Assembly (NCBI RefSeq): GCF_018977255.1
Contig: NW_024704742.1
Span: 52,206,001 to 52,270,000 of the forward strand
From: Callorhinchus milii
Lineage: Eukaryota
Direction: 5' to 3'
DNA: 64,000 nt
Part shown: positions 39,089 to 52,843 of the stretch, piece after piece
Numbering within the stretch: position 1 is the stretch's first letter
Layout of the letters: every line of letters begins with the position of its first letter
Made by a program: the position numbers and the translations under genes
Notes under the pieces: generated by a model
Told to the model about the DNA's origin: nothing
The model's database searches: none
Seen by the model: only the letters and a program-made list of their open reading frames with translations

Positions 39089-42000
39089 GTAAGGGAAACA
39101 GCCATCTGCATTTCAGGGAAACACTATTTTTTTCGGGTCAAGAAATATAACGGAATTCGCTTTTCTTTTTTTTAAAAAAAAGAGCAACTACGAAAGCTCC
39201 AGATTGCAACCAGACCATGTCGACTGCGTCGCCTTTATAATTCCTTTTGCACAAAAATACACCCCAGGACCACAGAACGGTTGGCTTTCCCCCCCAACTT
39301 TTCACTCAGCGTTAATTATTTTTTTTAAAAAAAAAGAACACGAGTTAGAAAATTGTTCGAGGGCTGTGATTGCTGCGTTTGTTTATTGTCTTATTTATTT
39401 AGTTCGTTGGTCATTTAGTTATTTATTTATTTACTTGTGTATGCGTTTTGTTTGTTTGCGGTTATCGTTTGGGAGAAATTTTTTTTTGCTATTGAATATC
39501 TGGACTGATGGCAACACGAGTGTCGGTGTCGCTGCTGGCAAATAAAAAAAAATAGTTTTCCTTTGGGGGGTGGGGGAAGAGGGGGTTGGGGGTGGGGAGT
39601 GGGTGGGGAGGGGTGGGGAGGGGGGGGAGAGAGGGGCGTGTGATGGCTATTTGCTTTAGTCCTGGACTGACTGCTGATGGCTTCATTGCGCAAATGCTGT
39701 AATGACAAACACATTGGCGGTGGACGTGGAGACGATCGGGTGCCCGCGTCGGGGATTTAAGGAATTTCGGACGGGATACAGGGCGTATTTTTTTTTTTTA
39801 CGCACTCCCTCTCCCTCTCCCTGGGAATTCTGCGCTGCCTGCCCTGGCCGGGAGGGATCGGAGAGGGGGGGGAGACACCGGGAGGCTGGGGCGCAGGCTC
39901 TGCCATGCGGATGAATCGCGTAACACACACCGAAGGACAAGGTAGAAGTTTGCAGAAGTGAAGGCAGAAATATTGGGACAAGCGCTGAGCTGAGCGGATT
40001 TCGGGAAACTTTCTCTGGGGACGGAACACAAAGAGCCAGGGAGGTTGTTGTTGGGGTAAGACACTTTGAGATGCAACGTGTTTTTTTTATTTCCTTATCA
40101 CCATTTGCTTCCCCCCCCCTTTTTTTTTTACCCTCCCCCCCTTTTCCCCACTCTGCCGCCCTCATCCCTCTGGTTTACCCATCTTTGCTGATCTCTCCCC
40201 CTCTATCCCCTCCTGAAACCTTTCCCATTCTGAAATTCGTCCTGATTCCAGAAAGTTTTCGCTCTCCCACTCTTTTTGTTCCACTCTCCATGGGAGGGGG
40301 CATTCCCCCCCGCCAGACTCCCCCCCCCCCAACCCCACTCCGTGATAGATGTCCAGTCTATTTATTGCACTCTCCTCTCTTTACCAGTGTTTTGTTTTAA
40401 CTTCGCATTTTGTGAAGTGAATTGGTTTCTCAGTTCTCATTCCCTCTCTCTGCACTCTCTCCTTCGTCTATTTCTTTTCAGTGCAAATCTCTCTTATTTC
40501 CTGTCACCCCCGCAACAACCCCCCCCCCCCCCACCTCCCTCCCACCCCCTCCGCCAATCTACAAGAAAAAAAACACACTGTCCCCACATGCTGCCGGATT
40601 TTCACGTAGGGGGTTGAAAAGCAACACACTGGCAGCCCATTTGGCTGGAAACTGTCACCGCTCTTTAGCCCAGTGCCAAACTCAGCGGGGGTTGGGGGGT
40701 GGGGGGGGGGGGAGAGGTGCAGCCTGAAGGGGTTAAGTCGAGCCAATCCTGTCCAGAGAAACCCCACATGAAACAGGAGGGGGAGAGCTCTCCCCTGTCG
40801 ATTGCCTGCAATTTAAGGAGCAATGCCTCGCTGTTCCGTTTAGTTATGCAAAGGCTTAAACAATAGAGCTCTTATAAGACTTGCAAAATAAAACAATTTT
40901 TCCCCCCCTGCTCTCCCCAGGCAAATCTCTTCTGTTTGCCTCACTTAATCCCTTTCTCTCCACAGTCTAAAACCGGTGGTCTCAAACTGTTATAAATCCG
41001 TCCCTTTTATTTTGGGCAGAGAGGTCTGCAGTAATGCACCTCTATTCTGAAGGATTTAACCAATTATTAATTAATTAATGCTGCATTTATTCCGAATCCT
41101 TGTTCATACTGACTGACTGCTTACTACGTGATTTTTTTCCAATCCATGCAAAAATGTGCAGTTGAGGAACTGGCCAACAGTAACACCATCAGCAATCCAG
41201 TGAGACACAGAAATCGCAATTTTAAGGGTTTGAGCCGCTAAATCTTGTGGATGTGGCGAAATTGCCAATTCAGATTGGCGCCCAAAGCGATGCTTTATTT
41301 GCAGTCCCAGAGGTGTGGTGTGTGGGATTGGAGCGCCCCTTTCAGGTTTGGAGGGGGTTTAGATTGATGTAAGAAATCTGACATTGCAGTGTGTGTGCGG
41401 GTCGCAGGTCGTGGCTGTGCTGAGAGGCTCTGTCCTTGTCAGACTGGCGTCTGCTCCCACTTTGTGATGGACTCCAGGAGTTGAACATTAAAGGCGGGTT
41501 CTGGGTAGAGTCTGATAAAAACAGACTCAGCCGACATGGTGCCTGCTTTTTTTCCCTAAAAAAATTGTAAAGCTGCAACAGGCACCGTTGTTTTGTACAG
41601 CCCCCACCCCCACCCCCTCCCAAACACTACACAGAACATTTACTGCTGTACTTTCCTGCTTTTTTGTCGCTGTGTACATTTGGGGTGACTTGGTAAAGCC
41701 CTCGATTAGATTTCTCGCTCTCACTGTCTCCCTTGCCTCGGGGGGGGGGGGGGGGGGGGGGGGGGTGCAGAAGGCAAAGGAGATAGACAGTGAGAGAGAG
41801 ATTAATTCGTGCAGCACTGCAAACCATTAGCAATTCAGTGTGACCCATATGTCTCAATTTTAAAGGTTTGAGCCGCTAAGTGCAATAATTTGCATTAACC
41901 TGGCAGAGTTCCTCTTTGTTTTGATCGTTTTATTTATTTATAGAATAGGCAAGTTGAACTGTGCACAAAGTTATTTTAGTTCCAGTATCTCAAAAAAAAC

Positions 42001-45000
42001 ACCAATCGTCTTCTGAAATTAAGGATTCTGGACAAATACTCCATATTCATTGCAGTCACAACATGTCCCCCTTTCTGTTTGGTGTCCTGGGGCGAACAAG
42101 GAAAGTGATCAACACTACTGTATTTAACAAAGCTGACTCCTTGGAGATCAATGTTCACATCAACAGGTTAATTTCCCCTTTTCTGTTGCCACCGTTTGGA
42201 GAGCGGTTATCTTCCCTTTAGTCACACAAGGTAAATTACCAGCATGTCGATCTACTATTTGCACTCTTAGTGCATTTGTAGATATTTGAACAGATGATCC
42301 TAACTTTGCATTGATACAATAGAAATGTGCCCATGATAATTGCTGGCTACGTTCGCAGAGTTGTAGTTTCCAGTGTGTTTGGAAGCTCTGTGAGTGTTAT
42401 GTTGCAATGCTCCCAATATCCTACACCTCTCCTTTATAAACACAGCCTTTCCAGGTTTTAGTCTAAGTACAAACCGGGATCACGAGTTTAGTCTGGAATC
42501 ACACAGGCAAAGGAGTTGAGCCTCTGTCATTGTCTAAGTCGCTCTGCTCTCTGACTGAAGAGGAAGACCGAGTGACATTAAAAGGGATAACAGAAGTCCT
42601 GGTGATGTCAGGACCACTTATTTTTTGCTGTGCGATGATATCAGAAAGATGCTGTTTCTTTGCCGAGGAAACCACTTGGTGACCCGAGAGTATCTGTGAG
42701 TCACAACCGTCCACCCGGACAAGTACAGCAAAACACACGCCGACTGCAGTGTTGTGACAATAAGTGACACAATATTGACCACCGGGTTGTAGGCTTGACC
42801 TCCCCTGTGCAGTAACACCCTCTTGTCTGAGTATCCCATGTGGATGAGTTTACTTCACACAGACATTTGAAATATGGAGAAACACAAAGGACGTTATAAC
42901 TGTGAAGTAGATTTAATGGAAACTCTCTAAGGAAACGGGGATGCTGAGCGGACTTCGGATTACTCTGGAGAGCATATATTCTTAGCTGCCAATCTTGGTT
43001 TGGCAGAGTTATACCGTCTAAAGTAATACATTGGCACCATAATCTCCCCAAAGGGCTCAGTGTCTGCAGACAGACCCGGTATAGCTGCTTACAGTTTTAG
43101 TTCAATACTCGCCAAATTATAATCTAGAATTACTTCAATGCAGCAAACATGTTATCTCTTCTAAATAAGATGCACGGTGCACATCCTGTTGGAATCTGTA
43201 TTTTAGAATATGTACAAAAAAACAAGCTCCTATTTATCCCAAACTAAATTGCAGGACTGAAATCCTGGGAAAGTTTATAAACCAGCGCCTGGGTTAAATT
43301 TAGCCCTGAGGTCTGACCTCTCGATTTGCTATAAGTGGGATTGTTCGGCTTCTCACAAACACGTTATAGTTTCCTTTCACGGTATCATTGTAGGCAAATT
43401 ATTAGGAAACCCCCCCTTTTATATAGAATTTGACGCCTCAACGAAGTTGTGTATGTCTATCTGTGAATATAAAGTGCTCCCCCTGCCAAAAAACCTCCTT
43501 TGGGTAACAAGATTCATTACATGTTTAGTTTTGTAAATGTATCTGCGTTTGTTGCTAAAAATGTAAAAAAAAATACACTTATCAACCAAAGAATCAGTTT
43601 TTAAAAAACTAATAGAATATTTTCCCATTTAAACTGAAACACCTTATGTCATAGTTTTCTTCCTCCGTATATTAGTTTTAACATATTAGTATCAACATTT
43701 CTGAAGTTTTGTTTGGGATATTTGATTTTAAATCTTCATGGACAGAAGGTTTTTGTGGCTCGTTGGATGGACCATCGATGAAGTGCTTTTACTGCTGTAG
43801 TAAATGCACTATGGAGAACTTCGATAAAAGATGACTGTAAACAAACACAACAGTTTCCCCGAACCTAGAAGTACACATTTGTAAAATTACAGTGTTGAAG
43901 GTAAATGTATGCTTCAAACTATAAAGTTAGAGCTCGACTTTGTGTCTGTGCACTGGAGCCTGTGTGGTTGTAATTCTAGTCTGAATGTTGGGTGGGGGTG
44001 GGTTTGTGTACACAAGTGCTTCAAACACTGCACTGTAGTGGAGTCACAGCTACACCTTGTGGACAATTGCTCTGGTGCAACATGTTTTAACCCTTTATTG
44101 CACCGGCTGTTCCCTTAAAATGGGCTGCTTGTGGGGTTTTTTGTCAGACGGCAGACGTGCAAGGTAATCCTTATTAGATTTACACTTTTTTGCAGACATC
44201 AACGACGTAGACAGAACGAAAGTGGTACTGGTAGCAAAACGAGCTGACTGTGTTAACAGACTTATCAATTCTTTAATTAAAAATACTGTGATTTGATTAA
44301 AAACACTATATCCTGAAACGTTGAGTAATCAATATATATATAGACCCAATCATTATTTTTCTGTTGTTTGGGCGCAGACATAACAGCACGTTTACCGACA
44401 TGGCACAATAATTATCACAGGTGATAAGTATCACAGATATTAATTCTACCCTTCTATCTCCTTCATGGTCACAATCTGGTTATACATTTAGTTATACATT
44501 TTGAAAATGTACTCTTCCAGTTATACATTTTAGATGTTTATGTTAAGATCACAGCAGTCACATTTAGTCCAAGATTTTTGCAAAACATCTTGCATGCTAT
44601 CTGTTTTTTATATGTTGCAAATAAAGCAGTATGTTTTCAGATATTGAAATGATTTGGGAAATTCAGTCCTAAATTCAATCCATGAATGCTAACTCACAAT
44701 TGCCTATTTTGTCTGGTGGGATATAAAAAATTACCTTCTATATTTACTTTATTTTTCTATTATTTGTTCCATGGTGGTTTGAAAAACGGTGTATCCTGCT
44801 GATAAATTGTGATTGAGATGAGCAAGTGCAAACGTGGAAACTTGGAATTCCCCAGGGGATCAATACATATACTTCATAGGGTAAAAGTGAGTCAGACAGA
44901 TCACGACTGGGATTCATTGTCTGATCTGTACCACATTAGGCAAACAGGTTCTTTATATCTCAGTTATATTTCCTTCTCAATGTTCTGGTCCAATAATCTG

Positions 45001-46263
45001 TACAGGAAATCAAACAAAAGCTCCAAACTATTCATGTGTTTTCCACCACACAACCTTGGCCTCCTTCCCTCCACAGACAACATCTCCTCTTCTAGCCTGG
45101 CACAGATGTCGTTGAGTCAACACAGTATTTGTTTATCTGGGGCTTTGCCTTTCTTACAGTCTGAATACTGTTCTCAAGCAGGTACTGTACTTTTCTAGAT
45201 GTTTTTTGAAGGAGTTAATGAATACAGCATTAATTACTTTTGCTGGAAGTGTGTTCCACAAAACCATACTCCATGGGAAATTGTAATTGTTTGCTTCACT
45301 TGAGGTTTGTTAATTCTCTTGCCCTCTTGTTCTGTGTTCATAATGTAAGTTAAATTGCCCACTTACATCTACATTATCTATGTTCTTCAGCATTCTCAAG
45401 GCTTGGATCATGTCCTCCTCAATCTTTTTTTCTGGTGCAATCAGTCTCTTGACTCTTTCCTCAAATTTGAGCTTATATCTGAGTGTAGTGACTGTGTATT
45501 TTGCTGGTGAATGCAGCAGCCAGTTTTCACACAGCAATGATTGACCATCAGCCAATGATTGAGTAGTCAATTTCATTTGAGAGATTGTTGGTTAGGACTG
45601 AGAGCAAATTCCTTTTTTTGGAATGATGCCATGAGATCTTTAACATGTACCTGAACATTAATAGGGCTGGTGATGTCAGAACGACTCCATATTCTGGAAA
45701 GATGAGATCAAATAGGACAAAGGGACTTCTTGATCCCCACCTTTCTGGAGCTGGTGGGCTGTAGAGTGGGGAGACTGGTGGGCGAGCAGCAAGTTGGAGA
45801 GTCTAGAAGTGACAATGGCAGGGATGAGGATTTTGTGGGTGGTGACTGTTTATCTTGGTTTGCCATTAGATCGTAGTCAGATGCCTGGGGATTAACTCAG
45901 AGCTGTGATAGATGGGCACTTTGGCTCTAGTTTCAGTAGCTGTGCATTAATGCTTTACCTGTGGTCTCATAGCCTCAGACTGCTGTTTAGTGTCTGGGTT
46001 CCTCAGACAGCTGGAGCAAGTTTCCACTTAACAAAGAGTTTATTTCCAGTCATGGCCTGGTAAGGCAGACTGTGTAACCATCTGAGAAACAGACTAGCTT
46101 CTGAAATATTGATGTAGCTTTATTTAGAAACTATCTGTAAAATTATTGTGCGTAGTACTAATCCTAAATGAGTCAAAAAGAACTGAAATTGTGCAGGATT
46201 AAACAGTATTTTGCTTCTGTTTTAAGACTATGAATAGTCGTAAGGGGAAATAGTCCTCATGTG

Positions 46264-46505
46264 TCTAGATTTACTCCATTTATGTAGAACTTCAGAGTAT
46301 CTAGAATTTGGCAAATTCGTAAATACAGCATTAATTTGAAGCCGATTGTCTATTCTTTCCAATTTCTATTGAGTAGAACAAAAGTTGGGACCAGTAGAGC
46401 AAGAGGTTGTTTAAGAACTGCAGAAAACCAGCGTCAAAGTTAGACTGAATTCAGCAATTTGCCAAATTCTGAATACTCTGAAATACTGCATTAAGTAAAT
46501 CTAGA
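46264..46505. repeat. MITE-like imperfect inverted repeat
   Basis: Left arm TCTAGATTTACT...CAGAGTATCTAGAATTTGGCAAATT pairs with right arm AATTTGCCAAATTCTGAATACTCTG...AGTAAATCTAGA. Confidence 0.65.
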
Positions 46506-48958
46506 CCCAGCTGAAATTTCTCCCCATCTATGTGGATTATGGGCTTCCACATATGGGTTCAAAGTTATAACTCAATTCAACAATCTGCCAAATTCTATAA
46601 AGCTGGAATTCAACATTAAGAAAGTAAATCTAGTGAAATTATAGAATATTCCACAGATAATGGAGAAAAAAACGAGATTAAAACAATGATACGACTTGTC
46701 CATCTCAATATCTACTTCTTTGACCACGCTTTCGGTCATCTTTTCCCTCTACCCCTTGGCTTCCACCCCCAAGCACAGGTGCCCAGAAAGTACTATCAAG
46801 TGCTTTGGGACATCCTCCAATTGTGAAAGGTGCTATATAAATGTACATTTGTATTGCATTGCATTTGATTCCGCGCTTTATTGTGTTAAAATTTCTGAAT
46901 GTGCTTCATACTGAGTTGCTTTGTGAGTGGAGAGAAGTAATCTGTTGTTTTGCAGACAGATCCATCAGCTAATCTGCACCAGATATATCCACCAATGCAG
47001 CAGAATGACCAATTCACATGTGTTTTGAGGAAGGGATATTTCAATGGTGTGTATGTGTGTGTGGAATATACTGATACAGGTTACCGGATCTCTCTGTTTT
47101 GTAAAACAATGACATAGATGATTAACATATACTAGAGAGGAATGGATTAATATCTAATCCTATAAATTATACCTCCAACAATATCTAATTATTTAATTGT
47201 TAACCTATTTATAATTTTAAAACCTAACCTTCTGACCCAGAGCCTAGAGTGCTACCAACTGTGCCAAAATGTTACGTGGCTGAAATCCTAATTGAACATA
47301 TATTCTCTGATAGGAGAACTCTATTGGATGCTAATTATTATTTTTTCTAATGCTACCAAATATTCTATCACTTCCGCTCTCCCGTATTATATTATAAATT
47401 AACTGGTATCATATAGAAAAGTTGATCGTCTTCTTAAAGTGATCTAAAATAATTAGAAAGTTCCTTTTGTAAATTATTCTCTTGTTTCTTGCCCTTTTTG
47501 TCCTAAAATATGTTTGAGCTAGGCTTCTCTGACAGAGGTCTGGTGGGAGACTTGCTGAAAGGCATCTAAGCGTTCTGCTTGCTACTTGTAGGCTAGCAGT
47601 AACCCTATGAGGTAGCAATTCACAGAAACATGGTTGACATCAGAATTTCACAAAGTTTATGTGGAAGGCCAGGTCCCAAGGCCTCAGACACACGTCCCAT
47701 GACTGTACTCAGTGGCACATATGTATTTTGGTACAAACATATTCAGGACATGTCCAATGTTTCTCCTCCTCTCACAGACAACTTGCTGAGTCTCCTGAAC
47801 ATCTCCCTCTAGTGGAAACCCTGCGTAAAATGGTCAAATGCTGCTTTCATTGTTTTCTGCTGTATTCGCCCTGAAATTCTCAAGATTTTAACCTTAAATC
47901 TATTGTGTTAAAATTTAAGATTATGCAGAGTTTTTAAGAGCAGCAGAGAACTGACTGCAATGTTAAGGCTATATTTAAGAATTTTCCAAAGTTCTGGTCA
48001 AGTTAAACTTTTATTGCAATGGATTTACAGCTAAGACCATGAGCAATTTAAAACCTCAGAACTGGTCTGTGATGTCTCATAATTGAGATTAGTGAAAATG
48101 GATGGATTTTCATAATATCTTGTGATGCATGAATTTTGGGAGATGAGAATAAGTGGATATTGGAGAGGCGATTAAGTGGAGTGGAAGCTTATGTGGAGTA
48201 TTAAAGCCAGCACGGACTGATTGGGCTGAATAGCCTGTTTCTGTGTTGTAACTTTCTATGTAATTCTATTAAATAAGAGTATTGCTTTAGTGTGACAGGC
48301 TACAGCTATAACAACAGCACAAATATGAAGCTTACCCCATGACACTTAATATATTAATGTTGAAATATGAGCTTCTAGTGATCCTAGTAATTACATCACT
48401 GAGTAAATTGCGTGGAAGAAATGTATCATAAACTCTGAAGCTGAACTGATTGATTCCCTGCTTGTCAGCAGATATACTGAACAGAGTGGTGGTTGTCTGG
48501 ATTTATCATGGGAAAATCCTATTGAAGGCTGCATAGCATTGGTCACTACATTTACTGATCAGTGGGGAATCTCCCTCTAATGTCTTCAGAACACCGTGCC
48601 AAGTCATTATCAATGCAATAAAATGAAGTACTTGTTAAACCCTCTTACTTGTTTAAAGAGTGGAAATAATTCACCGCTTCCTATCTCCTCCCTCCTTATC
48701 AAGCTTGATTCCTTCTTACAGACCTCATTTCCCCTTCACACTAAAAGATTATTGCATGGATGTGACTAACTATAAGAACACGACCATATCCTGCCGTTCA
48801 TCGAAGGCAGCAATGAGCAGCAGTGATGCCTTTAGGAATTGCGTATGGTTACAAAAAAGATTATTATCAAGTTATGAGAATTTGGCTTGATTTCTCTGGA
48901 ATAAAGAGAAGACTTTAAGGTGACCCAATAGAAGTGTTTAATATTATGCAGAGAATCA

Positions 48959-49290
48959 ATAATAATAATCCTTGCATTTGATACAGCGCCTTATCATGTC
49001 TTTGAGACATCTCAAAGCGCTTCACAGAATATATTGTAAAGTGAATTGACTGTATATTTTGTGGGCGAAACATGGCAACCAATTGCACATAACAGTGTCC
49101 AAACAAACAGTGGTGGATTGAGTGACCAAATTCCTCTTTTTCTTGGAAGGGATTATTACTCCTGGGAAAGCAATCCACCAATCGACTAACAAACAGAGGC
49201 ATGTGGAGTAAGGAAACTTGCCTAAGGTTTCACCCTGCCTGGGGAATCAAAACCAGGTCCTCTCGCTTGTGAGTGAGTGCTGTAACCAAT
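48959..49290 (-). mobile_element. tRNA-derived SINE (same family), PDGFRA intron 1
   Basis: Reverse complement of the head, core and tail. Confidence 0.8.
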
Positions 49291-50266
49291 ACACAATTGT
49301 TCTGGGCATATTATTCAATATGATGAAGGTTGTGAGCAGGGAGCAACTAATTCCATAATTATCGATATCTGAATCCAAATCTTGACCGTATGATAATTAT
49401 CACTGCTTATTACTTCTCACAGTTTCACCCTCGTACTGGGCTGTGGGAGGGACTGAGGTGAAAATATTGCCAAAGTTCTCTTTGATGCTTCTCCTTCACA
49501 CCAACCTCAAAGATTCTGTTTCCAAGGGATGGGAGTGGTTGGTTCCGTCCAATTTTCAATGCCCCCCTTCCTCAAATGGGCAGCCACATTCATCTCTCAA
49601 GTCAAAAAAGTTAGAAGACAAATTGGCTCATTGAGTGGTTGAGTTTACTCTCACCCAGCACACTTCACTAACCTCAGCAGAATTGGTTTGTTTAAATAAC
49701 AATTTCTCAAGAAAGAAAATGAAACCCAGATGTTTTCATACTATCAATAAGTCAATCATTTAAATTCCTTTCTTTGTAGCTTTCAAAATATCCATGTCTT
49801 TTCTATCCCAGAGCAGAATGTTCCCCAGTTTGCTGATGCTGAATATTCTCAATGCCAGTCTTTATTTCCTGAAGGAGCAGATAAAGTCCATAAGCATGCA
49901 TATTTTCATTTTGTATTAATGGGGTCTATTCACAAAATTACATAATCTGTTTCCTTAATAAGACGCTCTTTGCTTTCTGGTCTTTTATTGCAACTTTTCC
50001 CAGCTGGGAAAAGAGTCGAAAAGCAAAAGTCCAGGCATTTATGTGGCCTTTGCCATCTTTTGGGATCTGAATATTAACTTTATTTTTTTCAATTTCAAAA
50101 TTGTGAATCACAATCCGGAATTTGTAATCAACACAGCAGACTTGCTTTGCAGATATTGCAAGTGAAACCTTGTTGTCTGTTCTGAGACTGAATAATATGC
50201 AGAACACTTTGGAGACTAAGTTGAGGAAAGGTAATATGGAGATAAACAGCTATCTCCTGGATGAGT

Positions 50267-50583
50267 GGAGACCTGTAGCTCAGTGGTTAGAGCACTTGCC
50301 TTGCAAGCGAGAGACCTGAGTTCAATTCCAGACAGGGCGAAACCTTGGGCAAGTTTCCTTACTCCATACGCCTAATAATAATCCCTCTAAAACAAAAACA
50401 ATAATAAATTGGTCATTTTCAATCCACGACTGTTTGTGGGACACTGCTGTGCGCAATTAGCTGCCGCATTTCGCCCACAAGTATATGGTCAATTCACTTT
50501 ACAGCATATTCTGTGAAGTGCTTTGAGACATCGAGAAGATGTGAAAAGCGCTATATCAAATGCAAGGATTATTATTATTATTA
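50267..50583 (+). mobile_element. tRNA-derived SINE (same family), PDGFRA intron 1
   Basis: Head GGAGACCTGTAGCTCAGTGGTTAGAGCACTTGCCTTGCAAGCGAG (tRNA-Ala-like), core and (ATT)n tail. Confidence 0.88.
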
Positions 50584-51981
50584 TAAGAGTGGGAGGACAG
50601 ATTGCAACTTGAAAAAAAAGTGTCGTCTCTGTTTTCCCAAATACTACACTTTGTGATCATTTTTTCCAGCTTTTTCAATGATCAGGGATGAGATGATTTT
50701 TTTTTAACAGAGATCAGCAATACTGGTACTAAACCTTTAAGTCGTAGGAGCCAATATGCAGAACTCTTAGGGCAGAGCATAACATGAGTGTTAAAGAGAA
50801 AGAGAAAATGGAGAAAAGAAGCTCAGAGAGAGTGAATTAAGAAAGGAGACTTGTGTAGTATGGCAAGTGTTTTCTCAATGGAATACATTGGACAAGCTTG
50901 CCATATAACTCTTGATACAGTAAAAGCATTGGGTGGTCCTAGCAGAGGTTGGATATGGGAACAAGTGTGAGAATCAATGGGCAGATTTAAGTTAGTTTAT
51001 TTAATTTCATAACTGTGGCTAGATGAGGTATACATCCTTTGACGGTTGGAATGTCCTTTGCAGGTTTCAAAATCCAGGCAGCATAACCTCCTCCCCTCCC
51101 CCTCCCCATTCTCTGAGCTACTTAAAGTGACAGATTGACTTTTCTTGGCTGCGATCAGCGCTGTTGGTACCAAGAACATGCTCATCTCTGCCAGCTTTGA
51201 TCAGATTGTTCATTTCTTTGTGCGCGGGTGAGTCCCATGTGAAGACCAACCATAAGCATGGTGAGACCAGCATGGAGCAGTTCAATTAGTTCTCATTGTA
51301 GGGAGGACAAGCCAAGCAACAAAAGATACAGCTCAATGCCTCAGACAACCAAGCGATATCCAGCCACCTCTTCCATCTCCAATGGCAGGAAATGAAGCTG
51401 TATGAGAGTATTTGTCTTGAGTTGCCTATATAACACTAGTCCCTGTGTTTCAAAAAAAGTAACTGTTTTGGATTGATCTTATGATGATTAAAAAAAATGA
51501 CTTTTTATTTTTTTATTAGGTCTGTATAATGGGATTTCTTAGCAAGAAAATAGAAAGTGTTACTTATCAGTGTAATGTAGATTCCCATTGCATGATGTAC
51601 ATTGAAACATTTCAACATGTTAAGATGCAGACCTTTATTGAAGGTAGCCTGTTCATTCGGATCAGGCCTTTATCAAATTAGCTTAGTCTGATTTTACATT
51701 TCTTTGAATGTCACACACATTTATCTGCAGTCATTCAAGGCAACTAAGCCAAAATAGACTGAAAAAAGTGAGGCCCTTTATAGTGCTAGCTCCATTTATG
51801 GATTACCTCTAGTCAATGGGCATGTGACTCTTGCTCTACTGATCCAGACTCTTATTTAGCTCAGTAGGACAGGGAAAGAAAATTTCTTGTATGTATCACA
51901 CTTGTTTATGTCCCACCAGGGTCTCTGGACTGCTGTACTAACTGCCTCCTTCCTGTTTCTCCACAGTTGTTTTCCGCAAAC

Positions 51982-52042
51982 ATGAACATCTTCTTGAAGA
52001 TACTTTTGATCTTGGATTGTGTCTTTCTAGGGGTTTTCAAAG
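51982..52042 (+). CDS. pdgfra: PDGFRA exon 2 (start codon, signal peptide)
   Basis: Acceptor ctccacag| at 51966/51967 and ATG at 51982. Encodes hydrophobic MNIFLKILLILDCVFLGVFK and ends at a phase-1 donor AAAG|GTAAGC. Confidence 0.85.
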
Positions 52043-52528
52043 GTAAGCACTTTACTGTTTTTGAGCACCTCATTCAGAAGCAATGCAAACATCTGTCAGT
52101 GCAATCCATGTGACATTGTGTCAGTGCAAACTAAGAATCCCCCAAATAAAATTGGTCATTAATTTTTTTGGCTGTTTGCGGGACGTTGCTCATTCGCCTA
52201 CAAAATGCAGTCATTCACTTTACAGTTTATCTTATGCAGCACTTTGAGACGTCCTCCCAATATGAAAAGGGTAATACCAAATGTTAGGATTATTATTATT
52301 TTTTTGAAAGCTCCAGCAATTACATTGCATTTCATTTAGCATGTGGTGATATTGAAATGATCGGTTAATGGGATGACTGAAGGATGGGTGTTCTGGAAGG
52401 ATGAGATCTGATAGGCTGAAGGGGATTCTTTATCCAATCCAATTTTGTGATCTTGTGATAGTTACAGAGATAATAAGAGCAGAGAAGCATATTCTTTTAG
52501 ATCTAAATCTACTTCTGTCTATTTTCAG

Positions 52529-52843
52529 GACCCCAGGTTGCTACCTGCCAGAGTTTTCCAGATATTTATCCCAACAAGGCAGAAATAATCGTCAAGCTTC
52601 ATACGTCATTCAGCTTGAAGTGTTCAGGAGACAATGAAGTGGACTGGGAGCTGCCATTCCCCACTGATTTTGTTACAGATGTCAAGAAAAAGAGTGAAGA
52701 GAATAACAGTGGGCAGTTTGTGAAATCACTTGACATCGAGAATGCAATGGGCACATTTACTGGGAGGTACATTTGCTATTATACTGGAAAACAAGATGAC
52801 TACGACGATATTCTGGGCCGGGACATCTATGTTTTCATTCCAG
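52529..52843 (+). CDS. pdgfra: PDGFRA exon 3 (Ig domain 1)
   Basis: ttttcag|GA ... CCAG|gtatgt. Encodes PQVATCQSFPDIYPNKAEIIVKLHTSFSLKCSGDNEVDW...TGRYICYY...DIYVFIP; 315 nt, phase 1-1. Confidence 0.93.

Noticed and set aside
42430..42701. TATA-like TTTATAAA followed by a GTGAGT donor, as a possible PDGFRA first exon
   Set aside because: The 38892-39088 block is a much better candidate. These motifs alone are too common, although an alternative first exon cannot be excluded.
50267..50340. tRNA-Ala-like sequences (also at 5320, 10878, 28981 and 54618)
   Set aside because: Each continues directly into the SINE core and tail and lacks a proper acceptor stem. They are SINE heads, not tRNA genes.
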